From contig CBDHHL010000056.1 in NCBI GenBank assembly GCA_965263355.1, forward strand, positions 2,240,001 through 2,304,000: 64,000 bases of DNA, read 5' to 3'. This document shows, one piece after another, positions 51,706-63,954 of this stretch. The translations under genes were made by a program, and so were the position numbers. Numbering within the stretch: the first letter of the stretch is position 1; each line of letters begins with the position of its first letter. The stretch comes from Leptolyngbyaceae cyanobacterium. Lineage in GTDB: Bacteria > Cyanobacteriota > Cyanobacteriia > Phormidesmidales > Phormidesmidaceae. The notes beneath the pieces are model-generated. The model was not told the DNA's origin. It searched no databases and saw only the letters and a list, made by a program, of their open reading frames with translations.

Positions 51706-54700
51706 TTACCAGACTTCGTCTTGGTCGCCCCATTCATCGTCGCTGTAACGTTGTGAGCTACTGCTGTTTTGTCGACGAACATTGCCAGCATAGTCTTGAG
51801 TAGGGGCATTGGCTGACTCACTCGGCTTGTCAGCCCAAGGATCGTCATCTATTATGGGCGCATTAGAATTCCAGTTAATGTCTGCCGCTCTGCCAACGTT
51901 AGCAGCATCTTCGGCGATGGGATAACCGGTTGTTGGTTGAGCTGGATATCCATCAATATTAGAGGGCTTGTAACGCTCTGAATTAGGCGGACTAACTGAC
52001 TCTCTCCCTGCAGAATCAGAGCCATAGCGCGCCTGCGCTCTAGTATCTTGACCATATGATGGTGTGGAACCTGGTTCTTGGCGATAACTACCTGCAGGCT
52101 GTCCGTAGGATTCTCGTCCGTAACTCTGTTGCTCACTCTGTTGATCGTAGTTGTCTCTTACGCTTCTGTCTCTGTAGGTGCCACCATCATAGGCTGCCTG
52201 ACGATCATAGTCGAAACCACGGTCATCGCCATCTTGATTCATCTGGCGATAACTACTTCGATTGTAGGCTTCTTGCCCATAATTGGATTGGCCATAGTCA
52301 GATGGGTTATACCTGGATTGGTTATAGCCCGTTGGCCCATACCTATCCTGAGCAGATTGATAACCATCGCTATCCTGCGATGGAGACTGATCATCGTAAG
52401 CGCGCGACCTGTAACGACCACCTTGATTAGTATCCTGTGTAGTTTGGTCATGCCGCTGGTTTTGATCATCGTAGCGCCCTTGATTAGAACGTCCTTGCTC
52501 AAATTGGTCCTGACGATATCCCTCTTGGTCATAGTATGAGCCCTGACCATAGCCATCTCGGTTGTAATTATCCGCTGCAGCATCATATCGACGACCTGAG
52601 CTGTTGTCATAACTACGACTGTCATAGCTGCTGCGGTTATCACCACGACTGTCATAGCTACGGCCATCGTAACTACGGTTATCATATCCCCCTCGGTTAT
52701 CGTAACCACCACGGGAAGTGTCGTAAGCTGAGCTACCACCACCTGGACGAGACACTGGTTGGTTCCAGCTATCATCCCAATCATCCCAACCACTACGATT
52801 ATCACGACGACCAGCAGACCAACTAGGGCTATCCCACTGACTTTGACCATTCCAGTCGTAATCACGACGATAGTAATCGTCGTCATCGTCAAAGGCTTTT
52901 TTAATGGTGTCGCCAATTTGGCTAAAAATATTGCCGTCGTCATTATCGGCGTCGTATAAATAGGCCTCACGATTCAGCTCATACAGTTCATCCTGCAGTT
53001 CAGACTGAATCATATCGACCATGCGCTCATCGTCACGTTTGAGAGCATCACGCAGATCTTGAATCAAATTATCAATGCGACGTTTGCGATCGCGAGCAAA
53101 TTGCAAACCAAAATCAATGGACACACTACGCATCGCCCGCTCCGCCTGGAAGGTAAGGGTCTCAGCCCGATTGCGCTTCTCAATGCGTTGCCGCTGCCCC
53201 CGGTCTACATCAGCAAATTCTTCAGCTTCCTTGAGCATCCGCTGGACATCGTCTTCGGATAGGTTAGACGCCTCTTGCACCGTAATACTTTGCTCACGAC
53301 CCGTGGTTTTATCCATGGCCGAGACTTGCAAAATACCATTGGCATCAATATCAAAAGACACCTGTATCTGTGGAATACCCCGTGGAGCTGGGGGAATGCC
53401 CATCAGCTTGAACCGCCCCAGGGATTTATTATCGATCCCCATTTCCCGCTCCCCCTGGATCACATGCACTTCCACAACCGTCTGATTATTTTCGGAGGTT
53501 GAGAAAACATCCGAGCGCCTTACAGGAATCGTCGTATTGCGAGGAATCACCTTTTTCATCACACCGCCAATGGTTTCTAACCCCAAAGACAAGGGCGTGA
53601 CATCTAAAAGCATAATGTCCTTCACTTCTTCAGTGAGGATACCGGATTGAATAGCAGCACCCACAGCAACCGCTTCATCGGGGTTAACGTTCTGGTTAGG
53701 CTCTTTACTCAGAACAGAGCGCACCAGCTGCTGCACCATGGGCATGCGACTAGAGCCGCCCACAAGAACCACCTCATCAATTTGCGAGGGAGACAGACGG
53801 GCATCATTCATTGCCTGTTGCAGGGGAGCCCGGAGACGACCAATCAGATCAGCACAGAGGGACTCAAAGTGCGATCGCGACAACTTTTTCTCAATATGCT
53901 TTGGCCCATCTGGAGTAGCTGTAATAAACGGCAGATTAACTTCCACCGTGGGCAGCCCTGACAGTTCAATTTTTGCCTTTTCAGCCGCTTCAGTTAATCG
54001 CTGTAGTGCCTGTCGGTCTCGCCGCAGATCAATCCCTTCCGTTTCTAAAAACTCATCTGCCAGCCAGTCAACTATTTTCTTGTCGAAATTGACACCGCCC
54101 AACTGAGTATCACCACTGGTAGAGCGCACTTCAAAGACACCATTGCGCACATCCAAGATAGAGACATCAAAGGTGCCACCCCCCAGGTCAAAGACCAAGA
54201 TAGTTTGATTGAACTGATGCTCCAGTCCGTAAGCTAATGCCGCTGCCGTCGGCTCGTTGATAATCCGTTTAACCTCTAGACCCGCAATCCGTCCTGCATC
54301 CCGCGTAGCCTGTCGTTGAGCATCATTAAAATAAGCAGGCACCGTAATTACAGCACCGGTCACAGACTGCCCGAGGTAACGACTTGCCTCTTCCGCCAGC
54401 TTACGCAGCACCATGGCCGATATTTCTTCAGGCGCAAAATCCTTATCTAGCCTAGGACAGCGAACTTTGATATCGCCCACATCATCCTTTCGCACAGTAT
54501 AGGGAACACGCTTTGACTCAGAACTAAGTTCTGTATATTTACGCCCCAGATAGCGCTTGACATTGTAAAAAGTATTTTGAGGATTGAGCACTGCCTGTCG
54601 CCGGGCCATTTGACCCACTAGGCGCTCACCCTCTTTGCTAAATGCTACATACGAAGGGGTAGTTCGCATCCCCTCCGTATTGGCGATGACCACCGGTTTG

Positions 54701-54765
54701 CCACCTTCGATGACTGAGACAACTGAGTTGGTAGTACCGAGGTCAATACCGACGACCTTACCCAT
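51706..54765 (-). CDS. dnaK: DnaK3-type Hsp70 with ~400-aa low-complexity C-terminal extension
   Basis: [32 protein letters not shown] motif; linked dnaJ. Confidence 0.95.
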   Translation of the reverse strand: MGKVVGIDLGTTNSVVSVIEGGKPVVIANTEGMRTTPSYVAFSKEGERLVGQMARRQAVLNPQNTFYNVKRYLGRKYTELSSESKRVPYTVRKDDVGDIKVRCPRLDKDFAPEEISAMVLRKLAEEASRYLGQSVTGAVITVPAYFNDAQRQATRDAGRIAGLEVKRIINEPTAAALAYGLEHQFNQTILVFDLGGGTFDVSILDVRNGVFEVRSTSGDTQLGGVNFDKKIVDWLADEFLETEGIDLRRDRQALQRLTEAAEKAKIELSGLPTVEVNLPFITATPDGPKHIEKKLSRSHFESLCADLIGRLRAPLQQAMNDARLSPSQIDEVVLVGGSSRMPMVQQLVRSVLSKEPNQNVNPDEAVAVGAAIQSGILTEEVKDIMLLDVTPLSLGLETIGGVMKKVIPRNTTIPVRRSDVFSTSENNQTVVEVHVIQGEREMGIDNKSLGRFKLMGIPPAPRGIPQIQVSFDIDANGILQVSAMDKTTGREQSITVQEASNLSEDDVQRMLKEAEEFADVDRGQRQRIEKRNRAETLTFQAERAMRSVSIDFGLQFARDRKRRIDNLIQDLRDALKRDDERMVDMIQSELQDELYELNREAYLYDADNDDGNIFSQIGDTIKKAFDDDDDYYRRDYDWNGQSQWDSPSWSAGRRDNRSGWDDWDDSWNQPVSRPGGGSSAYDTSRGGYDNRGGYDNRSYDGRSYDSRGDNRSSYDSRSYDNSSGRRYDAAADNYNRDGYGQGSYYDQEGYRQDQFEQGRSNQGRYDDQNQRHDQTTQDTNQGGRYRSRAYDDQSPSQDSDGYQSAQDRYGPTGYNQSRYNPSDYGQSNYGQEAYNRSSYRQMNQDGDDRGFDYDRQAAYDGGTYRDRSVRDNYDQQSEQQSYGRESYGQPAGSYRQEPGSTPSYGQDTRAQARYGSDSAGRESVSPPNSERYKPSNIDGYPAQPTTGYPIAEDAANVGRAADINWNSNAPIIDDDPWADKPSESANAPTQDYAGNVRRQNSSSSQRYSDDEWGDQDEVW

Positions 54766-54961
54766 CCGCTAGGTTTCTCCCACTGCGCGTGTGGCGGCAA
54801 CAGCCACCTACACAATTAATCATATATATACTAGTCGCTTAGTAGTCTAAGCCACTATCGTGCTGCAGCTTAACCACATGTACACATCCTTATAATGGTC
54901 TGATTAGGATGAAATTGTCCATTCCAGAGAACCGACCATAGCTTATACGACTTCTCAAAAC

Positions 54962-55276
54962 CTAAACTCTTAGCAACCTGGGGCAACTGCATCGACCAGG
55001 AAACCCTGAAAGACCCCAAAAATCGTCATCATTATCACCAGAATCGTAAAGATAAGCTTCACGATTCAGTTCATATAGTTCATCTTGCAAATCGCATTGA
55101 ATTTCATCAAACAGGCCATCTTCTTGATTATCGAGGGTGTTTTGTAGAGCTTGAACCAATGTTTCAATGCGGCGTTTGCGATCTCGCGCAAACTGCAATC
55201 CAACGTCAATGGAAACACCGCGTATAATTCTCTCTGCATAGAATGCAAGCGCTTCAGCTGTGGCATACGTCAACAA
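54962..55276 (-). pseudogene. Stand-alone copy of the DnaK3 lid region (fragment or mini-gene)
   Basis: 47/72 aa identical to the dnaK segment at 52951-53166; TTG start immediately after a stop. Confidence 0.75.
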
Positions 55277-55378
55277 TTATGATAATTTGCTTATGATTTG
55301 CGGATAGGCAAAAGTCTTGAAGCTAAAAACTAGCTATAACTGATCCGAATTCTCTGATAGTATGGAAGCCGGAAGTAA

Positions 55379-55461
55379 GCGGATGTGGCGGAATTGGTAG
55401 ACGCGCTAGGTTTAGGTTCTAGTGTCTTCGTGACGTGAAGGTTCAAGTCCTTTCATCCGCA
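55379..55461 (+). tRNA. trnL: tRNA-Leu (TAG)
   Basis: GCGGATG/CATCCGC acceptor stem, CTAGG-TTTAGGT-TCTAG anticodon arm, long variable arm, GGTTCAAGTCC; CCA not encoded. Confidence 0.97.
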
Positions 55462-55466
55462 TTATC

Positions 55467-55499
55467 ACCCCAGTTTCTAGGAGGAAGCTGGGGTTTTTT
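55467..55499 (+). terminator. Terminator after tRNA-Leu
   Basis: ACCCCAGTTT...AAGCTGGGGT followed by T run. Confidence 0.85.
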
Positions 55500-55607
55500 A
55501 CACTAATTCCGACGAGAACCTGGGTTCTTTCGGTTGGTTGCAAATTTGGTAACCTACCCTACTGGCCAGGGTTTCCATCTCATACTGGAGCCAAGAGTCC
55601 AGATGAG

Positions 55608-56534
55608 ATGTGGGAAAAAATCATGGCAAAGGTAATGAAATCGGGTTTAGCGTTACTCGTGGCGGTTGTTAGTTTAGCCAGCTGCGGCGCTGCTAATGAA
55701 TTAAGCAGGGAAATCAGCTCTAAACCAGAAGCCCCTATGGAGTCAGCTGCCGTCGCTGACTCTGCCAATATTTTGGCTCAAGAAAGCAGCATTCAGGCAG
55801 AATCAGTTGCAGCGGATGCTCGTAACCCAGTTGAACCGCCTAATGATATTGCCGCCGGACAACCTCAGTTAATCAAGCGGGCTCAGCTGAGTCTAGTGGT
55901 AGAGTCCATCGATGATGGCTTAAAGCGAGCATCCCAAATCATTCGTACCCAGCAAGGCGACATTTTAGATCTACAGGACAATCAAATTGAGGCCGTTCAT
56001 CGCACTGCCTATATCCGTATTCGAGTTCCCCAAGCAAATTTAGATACATTGTTAGAGTCCCTTGGAGAACTGGGCACTGTTCAGCAACAGGGGTTAAGCG
56101 CAGAAGATGTTTCCACCCAAATCGTCGACGCCCAAGCGAGGCTACGCAACCTGCGTAAATCAGAGGAATCATTGCTCAAAATTATGGAGCGTTCTGGCGA
56201 GATTTCCCATGTATTAGAAGTGTCTCGTGAACTCAGTCGGGTACGCGAACAAATCGAACAAATTGATGCACGTGTGCAAAACCTACAGACCCAAGTTCGT
56301 TACTCCACAGTAGATTTGACCTTAGCAGCAGCTGTGGCGGCACAACCCATCGGTCGACCTTTGGGCGAAACAATTAGTACCACCTGGCGGGACGCAACTC
56401 AGTCCGTGGGCGACGTCACCGTAGGGCTTATGCAACTTGGTTTGTGGTTATTAGCCTATAGTCCTTATTTACTGGTGGTAGCACTGGTCAGTGTGCTTGG
56501 CTATCGCACTATTCGAAGTCGGCTCAGTGCCTAG
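55608..56534 (+). CDS. DUF4349 lipoprotein
   Basis: LASC lipobox, IRVP, AEDVS..IVD..ARL, C-terminal TM. Confidence 0.88.
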   Translation: MWEKIMAKVMKSGLALLVAVVSLASCGAANELSREISSKPEAPMESAAVADSANILAQESSIQAESVAADARNPVEPPNDIAAGQPQLIKRAQLSLVVESIDDGLKRASQIIRTQQGDILDLQDNQIEAVHRTAYIRIRVPQANLDTLLESLGELGTVQQQGLSAEDVSTQIVDAQARLRNLRKSEESLLKIMERSGEISHVLEVSRELSRVREQIEQIDARVQNLQTQVRYSTVDLTLAAAVAAQPIGRPLGETISTTWRDATQSVGDVTVGLMQLGLWLLAYSPYLLVVALVSVLGYRTIRSRLSA

Positions 56535-56604
56535 ACCTGGCCACGCCCCCCGGTTTTTATGGGATAACTGGCAAAGATCATCCAGATCACTTAAAACCGG
56601 GAAG

Positions 56605-57600
56605 CTATAAGGAAAGGCCCTTGTAGTCCTGATACCAGGCAACAAATTTTCCAATCCCCACCTCCAGAGAAGTACTAGGAGCAAACCCCACATCGGCTGA
56701 CAAATCGGCCACTTCGGCATAAGTAGCTGTCACATCCCCTGGTTGCATCGGCATCATTTCCTTCACAGCAGTTTTGCCCAAGGCTTGTTCAATTATCTCG
56801 ATGAAGCGCATCAGCTCTACTGGACTATGATTACCAATGTTGTAGACCTTGTAGGGCGCTGCAGTATTAAAGGCATCATCTGTAAGTGGTTTAGGTAAAT
56901 GCCGTAAAACTCGTACTACACCTTCCACAACATCATCTATATAAGTAAAGTCCCGTTGCATTTTGCCGTGGTTATACACCTGGATAGGTCGGTTGTTTGC
57001 GATCGCATCCACAAACTTAAAATAGGCCATATCCGGGCGTCCCCAGGGACCATAGACGGTAAAAAACCTGAGCCCTGTTGTGGGTAAATTATACAAATGG
57101 CTATAGGAATGGGCCATCAACTCATTTGCTTTTTTGGTGGCCGCATATAGCGACACCGGATGATCCACATTATCAGCCGTAGCAAAAGGCACTTGACGAT
57201 TAGCCCCATACACTGAGCTAGAAGATGCATAAACTAAGTGATCAACACCACTATGACGGCAGCCTTCCAGAATGTGAATAAAGCCAACCAAATTACTATC
57301 AGCATAGGCATAGGGATTTTTGAGTGAATACCGCACACCAGCTTGAGCGGCTAAGTGAATTACCCGATCAAACGATTGCGATTGAAATAAAGCATCCATC
57401 TTCACACGGTCCGCCAAGTCTATAGGAGCGAACGAAAAAGATGGATGAGGTAACAGTTGTTCTAATCGCCCCTGTTTAAGAGAGACAGCATAATAGTCAT
57501 TAAGATTATCAATGCCATAGACCATATCCCCATCGGCCAACAGCCGCTGTGCTACAAAGTAACCAATAAAACCAGCAACCCCTGTTACCAAAACGTTCAT
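56605..57600 (-). CDS. NAD-dependent epimerase (UDP-glucuronate 4-epimerase type)
   Basis: GVAGFIG, HLAAQAGVRYS, YAATKK, YGPWGRPDMA. Confidence 0.93.
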   Translation of the reverse strand: MNVLVTGVAGFIGYFVAQRLLADGDMVYGIDNLNDYYAVSLKQGRLEQLLPHPSFSFAPIDLADRVKMDALFQSQSFDRVIHLAAQAGVRYSLKNPYAYADSNLVGFIHILEGCRHSGVDHLVYASSSSVYGANRQVPFATADNVDHPVSLYAATKKANELMAHSYSHLYNLPTTGLRFFTVYGPWGRPDMAYFKFVDAIANNRPIQVYNHGKMQRDFTYIDDVVEGVVRVLRHLPKPLTDDAFNTAAPYKVYNIGNHSPVELMRFIEIIEQALGKTAVKEMMPMQPGDVTATYAEVADLSADVGFAPSTSLEVGIGKFVAWYQDYKGLSL

Positions 57601-58081
57601 ATACAACTCAGTTACGTTAAACGCGCTTACTATAAGGTATTCCTTCCGTCAGCTTTATCAAATACAAAAGGGAATATACGCTTTACACAATCGTGCTAAG
57701 TGAAAAAGATACAAATGAATCACATCTCAAATTCTGAGACAAAAAAGTTTAGGATTCCTTCAGAAACTGTACTAAAGGTTTAAAGTCCGTTTTGCAAAGA
57801 GCTTTGGCAAAACAAGCTCTTTCTGATTATTTTTGTATGAATTATGTCACTGACAAGGACATAATTGCCGTCAAACACATAGTCTGAAATATCTATAAAA
57901 GTGGCAGTTTATATAAAAATCAACATCCTTAAATAACTACTAGACAAACAAATTCAACTTTATTTAAAAGTATCTCCATACCAACTATATCTTTAATTTT
58001 TAAGGTGAAACAACTGTTCTACATCAGTGCTAGGATTGCCAGAGAACAAATGTGAAAGAAGTAAGAAGGACGTAGTTGTAA

Positions 58082-60238
58082 ATGCAAGAAATTGACAAGT
58101 CAATATCTTTTGATGGACGGGATATTCGACTTAAGGTGGGTCTTTTCGCTCCCCAAGCAGGTGGTTCGGTATTGATTGAATCTGGAGAAACCGCCGTATT
58201 AGTGACTGCAACCCAATCTAGCCCGCGTGAGGGGATTGATTTTCTACCATTACTGGTGGACTACGAAGAGCGTCTTTATGCAGCAGGTCGCATTCCCGGT
58301 GGCTTTTTACGTCGAGAAGGCCGCCCTCCCGAACGGGCCACATTAGTAAGTCGCCTCATTGACAGACCGATGAGGCCTCTGTTTCCCCCATGGATGCGAA
58401 ATGACATTCAAGTCGTAGCGACGACCGTCTCCATGGACCATGATGTTCCCCCTGATGTGCTAGCAGCGACAGGAGCATCCATTGCCACACTATTAGCCCA
58501 AATTCCATTCTATGGCCCGATGGCAGCGGTACGAGTAGGTCTAATCGGTGATGACTTTATTATTAACCCTACCTACAAAGAAATTGAAGAGGGAGATTTA
58601 GACCTGGTTGTTGCAGGCTCACCTGATGGCGTAATCATGGTTGAAGCTGGCGCTAACCAGCTTCCTGAGCAGGATGTGATTGAAGCCATTGACTTTGGTT
58701 ATGAGGTTGTTCGCGATATTATCCAGGCACAAAAGGAGATCATGGCAGAGATGGGTATTGAGTCAGTGACTCTGCCTGCGCCCGAAGCAGATCCCACACT
58801 GGCAGACTTTTTAGCAGATAAGGCAACCGACAGCATCAAAGATATTTTGAAACAGTTTGAGCTGTCAAAACCTGAACGGGATGAGAAACTTGATGGGCTT
58901 AAAGCGCAAATTAGCGAGCAGGTGAACACGTTAGCCGAAGATGATCCAATCCGTGTAACGGTGACTGAAGATGGAAAAGCCTTTGGTAATGCCTACAAAA
59001 GCCTGACCAAAAAACTCATGCGGGCCCAAATCCTTGACGAAGGTGTACGGGTTGATGGTCGCAAACTCGACGAAGTTAGGCCCATTAGCTGCCGCACAGG
59101 AGTATTGCCCAGCCGTGTTCATGGCACGGGGCTTTTCCGTCGGGGACTGACGCAGGTGATGTCGGTGGTCACGTTGGGCACCCCAGGCGATGCTCAATTA
59201 ACTGATGATCTGCATCCAGACGAAGAAAAACGGTATCTACATCACTACAATTTCCCCCCTTATTCGGTGGGCGAAACCCGTCCTATGAGATCTCCAGGAC
59301 GACGTGAGATTGGCCACGGGGCCTTAGCAGAACGTGCCCTAGTGCCTGTTCTACCATCCATGGCTGAGTTTCCCTATGTCATCCGTGTAGTTTCTGAGGT
59401 GCTGTCCTCAAATGGTTCCACATCCATGGGCTCAGTATGCGGATCCACACTCTCACTAATGGACGCTGGCGTTCCCTTGACAAAGCCGGTCAGTGGTGCA
59501 GCTATGGGGTTAATTAAGGAAGGCGATGAGGTCCGCATATTAACGGATATTCAGGGCATTGAAGACTTTCTGGGGGATATGGACTTCAAGGTGGCTGGTA
59601 CTGACAATGGTATTACAGCACTGCAAATGGATATGAAGATTACCGGTCTTTCAATCAAAACGATTGCCGAAGCCATTCACCAGGCTAAACCGGCTAGACT
59701 GCATATCCTTGCCAAGATGTTAGAAGCCATCAACGCTCCTCGCACGGAGCTTTCACCCTATGCACCTAGATTACTCACCTTTAAGATCGATCCCGAAATG
59801 ATCGGTATGGTCATTGGTCCTGGCGGCAAACAGATTAAGAGCATTACCGATGAAACCGCTGCCAAAATTGACATTGCCGATGATGGCACCATTACAGTTT
59901 CCTCAGTAGATGGTGCAGCAGCTGAGAGGGCTCGAATACTGATTGAAGCTATCACCTTCAAACCCGCAGCTGGGGATGTGTACGTGGGTAAGGTAACCCG
60001 TATTATTCCTATCGGTGCTTTTGTCGAGTATCGTCCAGGCAAGGAAGGCATGATTCATATTTCACAGCTGGCTGATTATCGAGTAAACAAAGTCGAAGAT
60101 GAAGTCGCTGTCGGGGAAGAAGTTCTGATAAAAATTCGAGAAATCGATAGTCGTGGTCGTGTCAACTTGACTCGTCTTAACATTCACCCCGATGAAGCAG
60201 CCAAGGCTCGTGCTGCTGCTGGGTTAGCCACGAATTAA
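58082..60238 (+). CDS. pnp: Polyribonucleotide nucleotidyltransferase
   Basis: [25 protein letters not shown] and S1 domains. Confidence 0.98.
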   Translation: MQEIDKSISFDGRDIRLKVGLFAPQAGGSVLIESGETAVLVTATQSSPREGIDFLPLLVDYEERLYAAGRIPGGFLRREGRPPERATLVSRLIDRPMRPLFPPWMRNDIQVVATTVSMDHDVPPDVLAATGASIATLLAQIPFYGPMAAVRVGLIGDDFIINPTYKEIEEGDLDLVVAGSPDGVIMVEAGANQLPEQDVIEAIDFGYEVVRDIIQAQKEIMAEMGIESVTLPAPEADPTLADFLADKATDSIKDILKQFELSKPERDEKLDGLKAQISEQVNTLAEDDPIRVTVTEDGKAFGNAYKSLTKKLMRAQILDEGVRVDGRKLDEVRPISCRTGVLPSRVHGTGLFRRGLTQVMSVVTLGTPGDAQLTDDLHPDEEKRYLHHYNFPPYSVGETRPMRSPGRREIGHGALAERALVPVLPSMAEFPYVIRVVSEVLSSNGSTSMGSVCGSTLSLMDAGVPLTKPVSGAAMGLIKEGDEVRILTDIQGIEDFLGDMDFKVAGTDNGITALQMDMKITGLSIKTIAEAIHQAKPARLHILAKMLEAINAPRTELSPYAPRLLTFKIDPEMIGMVIGPGGKQIKSITDETAAKIDIADDGTITVSSVDGAAAERARILIEAITFKPAAGDVYVGKVTRIIPIGAFVEYRPGKEGMIHISQLADYRVNKVEDEVAVGEEVLIKIREIDSRGRVNLTRLNIHPDEAAKARAAAGLATN

Positions 60239-60271
60239 AATAAGCCCTGAATCAGTGAACCTTAAGGGTTG

Positions 60272-60301
60272 GAGGGCAACGCAGATGACTGCGTTGCCCT
60301 C
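60272..60301. terminator. 13-bp stem-loop after pnp
   Basis: GAGGGCAACGCAG-atga-CTGCGTTGCCCTC. Confidence 0.7.
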
Positions 60302-60408
60302 AAGCTGATGGCATCTAATCGTTATCGATCTATTGACCTTAATTTGCACTGGGTTAAGGTTTCTCGGTAGGATGCATCATGCAATATCGAGAGCGAAATT
60401 AAACACCC

Positions 60409-61134
60409 GTGCGAAGAATTGTTATCGCTGGTAATTGGAAGATGCATAAAACTCAGGCGGACAGTCTGGCGTTTTTGAATGATTTTTTGCCCCATTTAGA
60501 GGCCACTCCTGAGCATCGGGAGATTATTCTATGTTCTCCCTTTACAGCCCTGACCACACTTTCTCAAACACTCCATGGCTCACGGGTAATGGTAGGTGCT
60601 CAGAATGTACACTGGGAAACTTCCGGCGCATATACGGGAGAAATTTCTGGGGAAATGTTGACAGAAGTTGGCGTGCGCTATGTGATTGTTGGCCATAGTG
60701 AGCGCCGCCAGTATTTCGGTGATACTGATGAAACTGTAAATCTCCGTTTAAAAGCAGCTCAAGCCGCTGGGCTAATCCCGATTCTATGTGTTGGTGAGAC
60801 CAAACAGCAACGCGATGCAGGAAAAACTGAAACCCATGTAGTTAGCCAGATAGACAAGGGTCTAGCAGGTGTAGATCAACGTAATTTAATTATTGCCTAC
60901 GAGCCAATATGGGCGATTGGCACCGGTGATACTTGCGCTGCAGACGAAGCAAACCGTATTTGCTGGCTGATTCGTTCTCAACTAGCCAACAAAGACGTTC
61001 CCATCCAATATGGTGGCTCCGTCAAACCCAGTAATGTGGATGAAATTATGGCCCAACCTGAAGTTGATGGTGCCTTAGTAGGCGGTGCCAGCCTGAATGC
61101 TGATAATTTTGCCCGCATCGTTAACTATCAGTAA
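60409..61134 (+). CDS. tpiA: Triosephosphate isomerase
   Basis: [28 protein letters not shown]. Confidence 0.98.
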   Translation: MRRIVIAGNWKMHKTQADSLAFLNDFLPHLEATPEHREIILCSPFTALTTLSQTLHGSRVMVGAQNVHWETSGAYTGEISGEMLTEVGVRYVIVGHSERRQYFGDTDETVNLRLKAAQAAGLIPILCVGETKQQRDAGKTETHVVSQIDKGLAGVDQRNLIIAYEPIWAIGTGDTCAADEANRICWLIRSQLANKDVPIQYGGSVKPSNVDEIMAQPEVDGALVGGASLNADNFARIVNYQ

Positions 61135-61262
61135 ATTAATGCTGCTATGTTATGTGCAGTCCTGATGGACTACCTGCACCCGGTATCGCAGGAAATCCAC
61201 AAGGAAGTGGCCCCTACAGGCTGATGCATTTTTTATCAGGGTTAATGAACTCGGATTTGGTG

Positions 61263-62669
61263 TTAGATATCTGTTGGGCTTACCCCCTGATTGACAGACA
61301 CCAAACTAGTAGCATTTACGAACTGTGTGTCAGTATGGTGTGTGTCATTACGTATGCAATAGTGGGCATGCACATAGATACGATCGCGACCTTGTTGCTT
61401 AGCATGATATAGAGCCAAATCAGCCGCTTGGAGTAAATCCTGGGAGGCCATCTCGGGTCTAGGAATAACTGTGGCAATGCCCATGGTTAGAGTTACATAG
61501 CCGCTAACATCAGAGGTGGCATGGGGAATAGCAGCTTTTTTTAGCGCTGCCCTAATGGTACGGGCAACACGATGGCCCCCATCGGTCTCCGTATTGGGTA
61601 AAACCACCGCAAATTCTTCACCACCATAACGAGCTACTAAATCTGCAGAGCGATGAATACAGCTGGTCAGTAGATCGCTTACCTGGGCTAAGCACTCATC
61701 TCCTGTAGGGTGGCCATAGCAATCGTTATATCGTTTGAAGTAATCGATATCACATAAAATCAGCGTCAGGGGTTGACGCTCGCGCACGAGCCGATTCCAT
61801 TCAGCATCAAAATAACGGTCAAACTGTCGCCGATTGGCTAGCCCTGTCAAACTATCCGTCAATGCCAGGGTCTTTAAATCTTCGTTATCTTGCCTCAGCT
61901 GATCGTATAGAAAGCTATGGTGTAATGCGATCGCAATTTCATCTAATAGGATTTTGGCCTGGGTGTGCTGCTCTGGCCTCCAAACATGATTCCTATCTTT
62001 ACGCCCAATAGCCACTAAGCCCCAAAGCTTATCAGCCATACGTAAATGATGGACATGAGGTAAATGAATAGGTCCCAGCAGCCAAACGCCAGGAAATTGA
62101 TTCAGCCATGCGTGAGCTGCTGGAAACTGTGACACAGAATGATCATCCAGAACGATAGGCAATGACTGTTGTAGCTGTGTGCTCACAACCTCCAACTCAA
62201 GGTACGCATTTAAAGCATGAGCATGCTTAGCATTCATCGAATGTAAGGACGATGCCACAGACTGCCAACAGCAGGGAGCATTCTCAAGCAGAAAGATCCA
62301 ATCTGCCTGAAAAAAATTCATAAGTTCCTGTATTACGGTTTGGTAAACATCGCTGACAGTCAGTCCTCGTCGGATCCGCTGAATGGTTTCCCGTAAGTCA
62401 GTTTGCTGTTGTAGCTGCTTCTGAAGCTGCTGCATATCATCCAGGCTATCTTCAGAATCAGGGAAACGGGTCATCCTCGAGGAGGGTTCAAAGGGGTGAT
62501 GACAGGTTTGCCCACCTGGGGCCAGAAACCACAGCTGCTCATCACACACTGAGGATTGCGCCCCAAAAAAAAACAGTGTCTGTAGCTGAGGTAATTTTTG
62601 AATCAAAAACCTGTGGTACATAGAATGCCCAGGAATAAAAAAAGTGCAATCAGCGATGCCATCCGTCAA
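61263..62669 (-). CDS. GAF-GGDEF diguanylate cyclase (start probably downstream, near 62474)
   Basis: DSLTGLANRR, DIDYFK, RSAD I-site, RYGGEEF. Confidence 0.9.
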   Translation of the reverse strand: MTDGIADCTFFIPGHSMYHRFLIQKLPQLQTLFFFGAQSSVCDEQLWFLAPGGQTCHHPFEPSSRMTRFPDSEDSLDDMQQLQKQLQQQTDLRETIQRIRRGLTVSDVYQTVIQELMNFFQADWIFLLENAPCCWQSVASSLHSMNAKHAHALNAYLELEVVSTQLQQSLPIVLDDHSVSQFPAAHAWLNQFPGVWLLGPIHLPHVHHLRMADKLWGLVAIGRKDRNHVWRPEQHTQAKILLDEIAIALHHSFLYDQLRQDNEDLKTLALTDSLTGLANRRQFDRYFDAEWNRLVRERQPLTLILCDIDYFKRYNDCYGHPTGDECLAQVSDLLTSCIHRSADLVARYGGEEFAVVLPNTETDGGHRVARTIRAALKKAAIPHATSDVSGYVTLTMGIATVIPRPEMASQDLLQAADLALYHAKQQGRDRIYVHAHYCIRNDTHHTDTQFVNATSLVSVNQGVSPTDI

Positions 62670-63147
62670 TTTCTACTATCCTTAATATGCCGCCAAATAA
62701 GGCAGTAATTCAACGTAAAAGGAGAAAAACGTATCTATATGCGAGTAAAATCTCAGGACACACTCATAAACGCCCTAACTAGCCTTGAATTCACGTTAAA
62801 CTTAATAATTTTACGGATACACCCTTGCACACCGGTTTTCTCAACCACTTCCATCTACCACTGTTAGACCAGCCTTAGACGCTAGGAATTTATCGGGAAA
62901 GCACACCTGAGCTGATTAGCAGGAACTACAAAAGTGTTTCGCTAGTTGTCTACTATGACCGCTTAATTCAACAGCAGCGTCTGTTAACTGCCCTGGCACA
63001 TCACTGAATTAACAGTATCGACCCCTATTTCATGAACTTCTATCGTAGAAAGACTGAAATTTGTTACGACAAGCCATGCTTAATGGCTAGACAGATTCAC
63101 TAGAACCATTGGTAAAAATCAACAGAACGCGACCACACTAATTAAAG

Positions 63148-63954
63148 TTAAGAATAATTAAGGAAATGGTCGAGACCGGTTACGAGCGAAGGAGGCCAGC
63201 GTCGTACAGTCTTCACCCAATTAAGATCAGCATAGCGTCGGTCAAGTCCTCGGGCAGCCACCCACTGACTTTCCGCTTCACCCCGGTTGCCTGTCTCCCA
63301 TAAAGCAACCGTTAAGGCAGCACGTACGTCTGCATAATTCGGATATTTACGGGCCAAACTTTTGAGCACTTGAACCGACTTCGCACGTTCACCAACTTCA
63401 AACAGTGCAACACCATAGTTGGCATATCCTAAAGAAAAACTCGGCTGCATAATGATCGCTTGCTCATAATCTTTGAGAGCAGCTTGCCAATCACCCTGAC
63501 CACCTTTAGCATTACCTCGGTTGTTGTAGGCAGCTGGATCATCAGGTGACAAATTCAAGACACGATTATAGTTATCAATCGCTTTCTGCCAATTGCCCAA
63601 AGCTTCGTAGGCAGCACCACGATTGAGATATGGCTCAGGCTGCAATGGATCTAATTCAATGGCTCGGTCATAGTCATGTATTGCATCTTGAACTTTGTTT
63701 TGCCCCACCCGCACATTGCCTCGATTACTCCACACAGCAGGCTCATCAGGTAATGCATCAATTAGCTGAGTCCATACTATTTCGGCTAAGTCAAATTTTC
63801 CGCTACGGGTAAGTTCAAATGCTTGTCTACGTAGCTCATTAATATTGGATTGCTTTATCGCCGGAGTTCCTGCCAAAGCTGGTGATGGCAATATGAATAT
63901 GACTCCCACCAAGAGTACAAAGGCAACTACAAGTAACCGGCGCATAGCATTCAA
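63148..63954 (-). CDS. Exported TPR-repeat protein
   Basis: Signal peptide, repeated YxNRG...AIxDYxxAI, RRWPP C-terminus. Confidence 0.9.
   Translation of the reverse strand: MNAMRRLLVVAFVLLVGVIFILPSPALAGTPAIKQSNINELRRQAFELTRSGKFDLAEIVWTQLIDALPDEPAVWSNRGNVRVGQNKVQDAIHDYDRAIELDPLQPEPYLNRGAAYEALGNWQKAIDNYNRVLNLSPDDPAAYNNRGNAKGGQGDWQAALKDYEQAIIMQPSFSLGYANYGVALFEVGERAKSVQVLKSLARKYPNYADVRAALTVALWETGNRGEAESQWVAARGLDRRYADLNWVKTVRRWPPSLVTGLDHFLNYS

Noticed and set aside
52056..52970. Long alternative-frame ORFs over the dnaK tail
   Set aside because: By-products of low-complexity codons; no recognisable motifs
55379..55499. tRNA-Leu as an island attachment site
   Set aside because: No integrase and no duplicated tRNA 3' end seen in the window
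57840..57866. AATTATGTC-N9-GACATAATT palindrome upstream of pnp
   Set aside because: Short AT-rich inverted repeat that could be chance; no regulator assignable
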